A DNA stretch of 64,000 nucleotides from Piromyces finnis finn (taxonomy: Eukaryota > Fungi > Neocallimastigomycota), in assembly GCA_002104945.1 (NCBI GenBank), contig MCFH01000066.1, positions 62,001 to 126,000 of the forward strand, in the 5' to 3' direction. Positions 55,301-64,000 of this stretch are shown in pieces. Position 1 is the stretch's first letter, and the number at the start of each line of letters is the position of its first letter. The position numbers and the translations under genes were made by a program. The notes beneath the pieces were generated by a model. The model did no database searches and was not told the origin of the DNA. It worked only from the letters and a program-made list of their open reading frames with translations.

Positions 55301-57260
55301 GGTAAAGAATGGTATTTTCCGTGGAGCCATCAAGAGTAATACTTCAGGTTCAAAGCGTTCTGATGATGAAAAAGAAAGCCAAGTTGAAAGTCAAATTGAA
55401 AGTGACATTGAAGTTGAAGGTAATGATGATGGAAAGAGTGTTGTTATTCCAAGAGGATCCGATGATTCCTACGATATCATTCGTTGTATTCAAGAAAAGT
55501 GTTCCGCTCTTTCGCCAAGCGAAGTTTCTGCCATTCCAATTTGTGAATTCAACAACAACAAATGTTACATCACCAATGAATATGCCATGACCAAGTCAGC
55601 CACCACTTCCATTTCAGCTGGTAGTATTTGTACCAACAATGATCGTTCCGTTTTCTACTTTGCTACCGATACTGTTGTTGTTAAGCCAAATGTTATTTCA
55701 GGTAGTACCACCACTTACATCTACACCACCACCAATTCCAACTGTTTAGAAGTCAATGATTCGTACAGTGACATGTACTTTACCGTTGGTTCGAACATCT
55801 ACCTTTTAGATCAAGGTAGTGTTTTGCAATTCTATGAACAAGGATACTATTTCATCAACACAGCCAAGAATGCCATTGTTGGTGGTAGTGATATTGACAA
55901 TTACAATGACAAGAATGTCAAGCTCTACAGATGTAATGGTAGTAGTTGTAGCATTTTAGATAAACCCGATTCCTTAACTTTCTATGCCGATGTCAACAAA
56001 CGTATTCTTAGATACAATGTCAACAGTGGTTCTTACTCTTTTGCCTATGAAAAGGACATCATTTGTATTTTCGCTAATAACAAGTGTACACCAAATGCCG
56101 ATTTAAAGAATCAAGAATTCTGTATTACATACAAGGGAGAATTAGCTCTTGCCAAGGCAGATATCAAGAACCGTGAAACCGGAGAATGTTACAAGGCCAG
56201 TAGTCTTAGTTCCACCATCTATGGTTATTCTCAATCCTTATATTCCATGAATTTATATTCAGCTGAAATGATTGATGAAACCGGCTATTACATTGTTAGT
56301 CTTTCCACCAACACCACCGTCGTCAGTAAGAACTACAAGACCAAGAATAACAAGCTTGTCATCTATGGTTGTCAACTCTCTTCCTGTAAGGAAATTGAAC
56401 CAGAGGAAGATACCTATTACTATGATTCACGTGCCAAGACCATTCTTCGTTACAAGGATGGTGCCTGGAAGACACCAGAAACATCTGGTTATGCCTACAT
56501 CTCGATTGATCCCGTCAACACCTACATCTACAGATTCACCAAGATCAATGATGAAGTCAAGATCAATGGTATTGCCAACTATGGTTACTACTACACGGTT
56601 GATGGAGAAATGTACAACTGTAATCAAGATGAAGGAGGTGCCTGTACCCCAATCAACAACACTGGCTACTACTTTACCAATGCTGGTGAGGTTTACTACT
56701 GTGTCCATGATTCCGAAAACTTGGAACCAACCGAATGTACCAAGCAAGCCTGTATTAGTGGACAATACTATTACATTGATGAAGCCTACTACAGATGTGA
56801 AAGTAGTTCCAGTCTTGTTCCAGTGATGTCTCGTTACTGTTCGTACAATGAAAATGTCATTATCAACTTCCCATTAGCCTTGACCGAAGAATACCCAGAC
56901 AAGATTAAACAAGCAGTTGAAGGTATTGAAAAGAACAACAATTCCACAGCCATTATTAGACGTAGTGGTAAGAATTATTTAGAATCTGTTTCCGGTATTT
57001 TCACCAACTGTACCTACAATGTTGAAGAAACCAAGTCCACATTTGATTTAGTTTGTGTCAACAACTTTGTCAAGGTGGATGAAGAAACGGATGATGTCAA
57101 GATTTGTTCCATTGAAAAGCTCGGTTATGTTGAATGTACCGAAGAAGAAGAAAATCCCGAAAAATGTAATGTTAGTTTTGGTATTTCCAGAGCTTCTCTT
57201 TCCATTCTTAGTGTAGTTTTAACTACTGTCATTGTAGTATTATTTAATGAACGTCATTAA
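49341..57260 (+). CDS. Array gene 4: secreted, C-terminally anchored Cys-repeat scaffoldin-like protein, 2557 aa
   Basis: Exons 49341-49360, 49533-49597 and 49672-57260 (total 7674 nt). Signal peptide MFPKLKRIPLTLLTLASLIKVISA. The frame is open from 49674 into ORF 50256. Confidence 0.88.
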
Positions 57261-58675
57261 ATGGAAACAACTATGATTTAAATTTAAAAATTTTTTTTAA
57301 AAAATTTTATAGATAATGTATATTAAAAAAAAAAAGGAAATATATTTTGAAATATATTTTCCACTTTTTTTTTTCTCTCTCTCTCTTTCTTTCATATAAG
57401 AAAAAAAAATATATTTATTTTTTTTTTCAAAATTATCCACAATCTCATTATCATTTTTTTTTCATATTTTTTTGCATTTTAATCAATCAATTAATCAAAA
57501 ATCATCAAATTCTATCCCATATCATTTCAATCCAATTCAAAAATTATAATTACAATTTTCTTTTAAAGAAAAATAACCAATGACAACAAAAAGCAAACAA
57601 AGGAAATTTAATAATATTTATAAAAATATATAAATATCATTATTCAATCTAAATATATATTTTATATATATATTAAAAAGAAAAATATAAACTTTAGTTA
57701 GTTTATTTTAAAAATACTAATATTATTATATATTATTATTTAATATCAACCACAAACAAGCATCACAATAATAATCTTTTTATAAAAGAAAAATTAAAAA
57801 TAGGAATTAAAATTTATTTTTAATTCATATTTTAATTTTTATTAATATTATCACTACCCAAGAAATGATAATTTTTTTTAAAAAAAAAAAAAAAAAAAAG
57901 CAAAATATTTATTTTCATATCTTATAACTATCGTTACTTAATCATCATCTCATAGATATATTATAATTTATAGAAATTAAAAAAAAAATATTTATATATA
58001 TTTTTCCCCTCCATAATTCATCAAAAATATTTATTTTTTTACATTTATTTTTTTCTTAATTTATTTAATTCAACAAAATAATAATTATTATTATAATTAT
58101 TATTCAAAAAAAAAAGTTAATTCTCATAAAAAAGGACAAGCATAAATATTCAACATTCAACAATCATAATATTTATTTAGTAAAAAAAAAATATTTACAC
58201 ATTTAATCAACAACAACACTATAGATAAAATATTAATTATAAAATATTTTTTATAATTTTTTTAAAAAAGGTTAGGTTATTTATTTATTAATTGAATGAA
58301 TAACTTTTTTTTTTCTTCAATCCTCTCTTTTTTTTTTTTAATTTATTTATTAAAAAAAAAGAAAATATTTAAACATCATTATCTCTACATAGAATAAAAA
58401 AAAATATAAAGTTATTTTTTATATTTTTTTTTTTTTTCAATTGTATATTTTTTTAAAAAATGAATTTTTAATTCATTCATTAAGCAATAGCCATCATTCT
58501 AATTACTATTAAAACATAATTATCTATCTATTATTTTTTTTTAAAAAAAAATAATTATTATCTTAAAAAAAAAAAATAAACTTATTTTATTATAAAATAA
58601 AATAATAAAAAAAAAAAAATTAAAAAAAAAAAAAATCCATTTTTTAAAGTATTTTTTTTGTGTGTGTATTGTGTG

Positions 58676-58706
<31 letters not shown>

Positions 58707-61105
58707 AGTTTATTATTATTAAAAAATGTTTTCCGTTCTTTTTCCGCTCTCTCTTTTCCTTTTTTAAAAATTAATTTTTCAATATTAAAAAAAAAAAATT
58801 TTTTTTTATTTTTTACTTTTTTTTATTTTAAATAAAAGTCTTTCCTCAAATAAGAATTGTTTTTTCTTTTTTTTTTAAAAAAATAAAGGGAATATTCAAA
58901 CATGTTTTAACCTTTGTTGATGACAAACTTTTCTACAAACTTTTATAAAAAGAAAACTTTTTTTTTTTTTTTATTACTCATCATTATCAATTACTATAAA
59001 AATATAAAGGTAGTATTAAATATAAAAGTAATTAGTATTGTTATTACTATTGTTATTCATACTCTACGGGAATACGACTCAATTTAAAAACAAGGAAAAA
59101 AACATCATTTTTTCATAAAATATAAAAAAAAAAATGTTTTTAAAAGTAATCAACCACTTGGCTTCTTTACCGCCATTTCATAATTCAATGTAAAAGATCT
59201 AGATTGATTTTTTTTTTTTTTCATCAAGTATTACTTGTAAAACTCTGTTTCAACATAATAATAATAATAATAATTATTGTTTTTTATTATTTAAAACTTT
59301 TTTTTTTTGTTGTTGTTGCTAAAACGGTTTGTTTATCCACTCAAAAAATAAAATCAACAATTTTTTTTAATTTCCAAATAAATTGTAAAATTTACTTTTT
59401 TTTGTGTGTGTAATTACAAATAATCCGTGGTATTATTATCAATAAAATATTGTGTAGTGTCAGTCTTTTTTACATCAATTTCAATGTATTCATTATTTTT
59501 TTTTAAAAAAAAAATTGATTTTTACCATAATAATGTTTTTTTTTTTAATAATTCTAAAATAGATATAGTATATAGGTATATTCTAGTTTTGTAGGTCACC
59601 AGTAATAAATCTTTTTCTTCATGCCTTTTTTAAAATGAAAAAAAAAATAAAACAAATGAATAGACAATAGACAATAGTCTGAATAAAAAATAGACAATTA
59701 TTTTGTTTCTTTTTTTAAAAATATATATATATAAATACAATTTATCATTTTTACATTTCTTTTTCCATCAATGTCAATTTAAAAAAAAATGAAATATTTG
59801 TTGTTGTTTACTGTTTTTTTTTTTTTAAATAGTATAGTTTGTTATTGTTGTTGTTGTTTTTTTCTTTTTATTATTTTAAATTTTGAAAATAATAATAATC
59901 AATAATTGAAGTCATTTTCCATCCATTTCCTAATAAAATAAAAAAATAAAAAAAGTTGATTCCTACCAAAATTTCTCTTTTCTTAAAATAAAACCAATTT
60001 TTATTTTTTTTTTAAAACTTTAAATTTTGATTTCCATTTCTATTCTTTATCTTTTTTTTAAAAAAAAAAAAAACTCCATCCTTTGAGTATTAAAAAGAAA
60101 AAAAAAAGGGAAATTGAAAGAGGACAAAGTTTAAATTCATGTTACAAAAAATTCAACAGTTTCTTTCTTTATTTCTCTCTCTCTTTACACCTCAAACTAT
60201 TCTTGTGAAAAAAAAAAAGAAAGAAAGAAATTTATTTCATTTTTTTAAAAAAATAAAGTTTACATTTAAAACTTTTTTTTTTTTTTTTGTTAATTTATAT
60301 ATTTTTCTTTTTTAAAAAAAAAATAACATAATAATTATCAAAATCATTAAATGGTAAACAAAAATAAAAAAAAGTTTTTTAAATTTAACAAACTATATCA
60401 AGGTTTGAATTGGTTTTTACATTATTATTATTAATTACTTTTTAGTCCTATTGGAAATGACCTTTTGGTATTTTTTGTTGGATAAAAAATAGGATTTATT
60501 ATTTGTTACATTGTGTGCAAGATGTTCTGAACCATTGGCATTTCCATAATGTTCCACTGCTTCTTTTGCCTCTTAATTTTTTATTAATAAAATGAAGGCG
60601 TGGTTCTCCGCTTGAACTCTTATTATCGTTACAACAACTCTTTTTTCTATTTATCAGAGTTAAGTTTCCTTTTATTTTTTTTTTACTTTAATATATCTTT
60701 TAGTCTCATAAAGTAATACACCAACAATTAGAACAGCTTCAACAAATTCTGCTACACCTATGACGACTACTAGTACTATTACTACCATGATTAAATAGTT
60801 TTTTCCATCTTTACACTATTAATTTTCTAACAATATATTTTTTTAACAGTGTTATAAAAAAGTTTCTCTACCGTATACCTTTGCTTTATTTTTTAAAAAA
60901 ATCTATTATTTATTGTATTGCTAGGTCAATTTACAAAATAAACAATAAAAAAACACCATAAATTCTTCAAGCATTGCTCTTTCTTTTTCCTACTCTTTAT
61001 TCATGCTAAAATTACAAAGGCAAAGGCAAAGCAAAGCAACGATAAATGTACTTTTTTAACTCGAAACAAAAAAATAAAAAAAAATTAATTTTCAATATAG
61101 AATAG

Positions 61106-61571
61106 AATAATAAATTTTAAATTTTTATTTTAAATAAAAAAAATAATTTTTAATTTTTATATTATTAATAATAAATAATAATTTTATTTAAATAAATAAA
61201 TAAATAAAAAATATTTATTATTAATTTTTATATTATTTTAAATAAATAAATTTTAATTTTTATTATTAAAAAATATTATTAATTTTAATTTTTATTATTA
61301 TTTTAAATAAAATAAAAAAATTAATTTTAATAATAAATAATAATTTTAAATAATAAAAAAAAATTAATAATTTTATTTTAATAAATAAATAAATAAATAA
61401 AATATTTATTATTTATTTTTTATTATTAATTTTAAATAAATAATAATTTTAAATAATAAAAAAAAATTAATAATTTTATTTAAATAAAAAATAAAATTTT
61501 TATTATTAAAAAATATTTATTAATTTTAATTTTTTTTTATTATTTAAATAAAATAAAAAAAAAATAATTTT
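61106..61571. repeat. 466-bp tract containing only A and T, with internal duplicated units
   Basis: No G or C between 61105 and 61572. Recurring units include aaataataaaaaaaaattaataattttattt and tattattaaaaaatatt. Confidence 0.85.
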
Positions 61572-62038
61572 CAATAAAAAATCGTATAATAAAAAATAAA
61601 AAAAATAAATTTTAATTTTTTATTTATTTATTATTATACGATTTAAAAATTAAAATTTTTAATTTTTTTTATTTATATATCTTAATAAAAAATATTATTA
61701 TTATTATTATTATTATTAAATTATTAAATAATAAAAAATTGCGAAATAAATTTAATAAATAAATAATTTTAAAAGGTTAACATAAAGTCACATGGTCAAT
61801 AGTACAATTATATAATCATGTGATCATATAAAATAAAATAAAAATTTCTACAATACGTAGACATTACGTTTACAACACTTTTATCTTACATTTTTAGTGT
61901 TGACACGTGTGTGTTCATAAATATATGCTATGTGTTGATAAAATTATGTGTCCATAAAGGTTCACAATTTTTTTTTTTATTAATTCAAATAAAAAAATTA
62001 ATTTAAATAATATAAAATAAAAAAAATATTTTTTATTA

Positions 62039-62060
62039 AATAATAATAATAATAATACTG

Positions 62061-62118
<58 letters not shown>

Positions 62119-62156
62119 TAATAATAACAATAATAATAATAATAATAATAATAATA
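62039..62156 (+). repeat. (AAT)n microsatellite, slightly interrupted
   Basis: About 39 AAT units with a few AAC/ACT variants. Confidence 0.95.
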
Positions 62157-63225
62157 GAAATGGGGAAATAGATTTTTATTAACAAGGTTAACACAAAAAA
62201 TTGCATTGAAAATAAAAACAGCTATAGAATGAGATGTGGGTCTATGCAAACCATAAGGAATAACAAACTCTAAAACACGTAGAAATTACATTTACAGCAC
62301 TTTTACCTATTTATATTTTTATAAAATAGACAGGTGTGTTCATAAATAGATGATATAGACATGATGGTTCACAATTATATTTAATACTTTTTTATTATTA
62401 AAACGTAATATTCAAGTTAAATAAAAAAAACTTTTAAATAATTATAATTTTATTTCTGTAAATTTTCTTTTTATTATTATTTCCATTATTATTTTTTTTA
62501 GATAAAATAATGCATTCATAAATACTTGATAGTAAAATAAATAAAAAAAGTCTTTATTCTTTCATAAATAAATTAATCAACATTAACTATTAAAAAAACG
62601 ATGCATTTTTTTTATTATTTTGTCAATTTATTATAATGTTAGAGTTTATTTCAACCTTAAACTTTTACATGTTTTATTATGGATGATACATTTAATCAAT
62701 TACAATTACAATACATTTTAATTACATTGAATACACATTTCATTTTCAAATATTCTTTTATTAAAATCTAGGTATTGTTATTCCTAGGTATAAATAATTT
62801 GATTTATAGGTGAATACGAGGTTGTATTTATATCTATGTAGATCTATGTATATTCAATGATTTTTAAATTACAATATCAAATTTTACAATTAATATTTAT
62901 AATTTTAAATATACCCCATGTTAAAAAGTAGGCTATAATTCATTAAATGTAGGGTTTGATAGCTTTAATAACTATCATTATCTTAATAAAGTTAATGAGA
63001 AAAATGTTATCATTAATTGTTTTATGTTTTGATATTAAATCAAATGATTTTAATTAATGAAAAAGTAGGGTTTTTCACTATTAAAATATAATCTATTTGT
63101 ATATTTATAATTTACTTATTTTTATAATTAAATATAAAAGATTTGATTTTAATTGTGTGTTTTAGATAAGAAATAAGGTTTAACTTTTACTAAAATTGAC
63201 CTAATGAATAACTCTTCAAATAAAA

Positions 63226-63448
63226 TTAGATTTTGTCATTGAAGAAATCAACAGCGGCAGAGAAAAAACCATCTTTTGTTATTTTTTCACCTAACCTATT
63301 TTCCCATTGTTTAAAGTTTGGGTGGTTTGCGATTTGTTTCCATAAACCTTGGTATTCACCATTTTTTATCTGAGGATTGAGCTACTGTTTTTAAATTTTC
63401 AAAAATGTCTGGTCCACTTTGTGCTAATTGAACAATAACTTTTTCCAT
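63226..63448 (-). pseudogene. Probable small (73 aa) protein gene with a single +1 homopolymer slip
   Basis: A-rich context aaaaATG. Removing one T from the T6 run at 63362-63367 gives MEKVIVQLAQSGPDIFENLKTVAQSSDKNGEYQGLWKQIANHPNFKQWENRLGEKITKDGFFSAAVDFFNDKI*. It forms a GC-richer island in an AT desert. Confidence 0.5.
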
Positions 63449-64000
63449 TTTTATAAATTGTATATTAAACTACTACTGTTTGTTTATATTTAATGTGAAA
63501 TATTAGTATTTTATTATATTTTGAATAGGTAAAACTATAATAAATATTGGCTTTATTATTTTTTTTTTTTGAAATTTCATTGAAATTTATATTTTTTAAA
63601 AAATTTGATTTTTTTTTTTTTATGTTAAAAAAACTTAATCCTTTTCATCAGTTATTTTCTATTACATCTTTATTATCATCATTAGTATTGTCATTAATGT
63701 TGTTGTTATTACTGTTGTTGTCTTAAATTTTTATATAAACAATTATAAAAAAAAATTAAAAACTCGATTGTCGTAAATTTAAATTTTTAAAAATGTTTCA
63801 TCTATTATATTTAAATTTATTAATGAAAAAAAAAAAAAGGAATTAAATGTTCCGTTTTATATTTCTTTCTTTACAACAAATTATAAATAAATAAATGAAT
63901 GAATATAAAATTAATAAGTTCACTCTATTCATTTCAGTTTATTTTTATTCTAATTTGAGTTTTTAAGAACAAAACTAAAGGAATTTAATTTAAATTTCAA

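Noticed and set aside
19921-56826. Recurrent 184-aa (+) and 112-aa (-) ORFs, and the 60-97 aa MLVSRP / MVTT / MVFSV ORFs, repeated in each array gene
   Set aside because: They are alternative-frame or antisense shadows of the main CDS. They recur only because the underlying DNA is near-identical and C-ending codons suppress off-frame stops.
25484-57260. Catalytic CAZyme, dockerin (CBM10-like) or CotH domains in the giant proteins; a specific ScaA/B/C symbol
   Set aside because: No such motif was recognised by eye. The scaffoldin resemblance is architectural and needs an HMM search, so no gene symbol is given.
61915-62249. Poly-Leu and poly-Tyr ORFs
   Set aside because: They are translations of the (AAT)n microsatellite.
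1-64000. CRISPR array or prokaryotic operon
   Set aside because: There is no regularly spaced repeat-spacer array, and the spliceosomal introns and retroelements indicate a eukaryotic locus.

Overview
The sequence is extremely AT-rich and eukaryotic, with short GT-AG introns. Its composition and gene content fit an anaerobic gut fungus (Neocallimastigomycota); this is an inference, not a database result. Bases 1-12.4 kb are a retroelement graveyard: a decayed LINE with a poly(A) tail, a truncated and a near-full copy of a second LINE family, and an inverted Ty3/gypsy element with one LTR fused to that LINE, followed by a tRNA/SINE-like island. Bases 12.7-57.3 kb are a head-to-tail array of four giant secreted, C-terminally anchored, Cys-repeat proteins resembling the fungal cellulosome scaffoldin family. 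Three are intact (2365, 2473 and 2557 aa once two hidden 5' micro-exons encoding the signal peptide are added). One is a pseudogene carrying a solo LTR. The most striking signal is the architecture of this array. The N-terminal halves are highly divergent, the middle is a patchwork whose closest partner changes along the gene, and about 3.5-3.9 kb of the 3' region is almost identical at nucleotide level. That 3' region is rich in C-ending codons and is free of stops even in the pseudogene. This suggests ongoing gene conversion maintaining a variable-tip/constant-stalk surface protein repertoire, although assembly polishing must be excluded. Bases 57.3-64 kb are an AT desert with a 466-bp G/C-free tract, an (AAT)n microsatellite and a probable small gene broken by one homopolymer slip.
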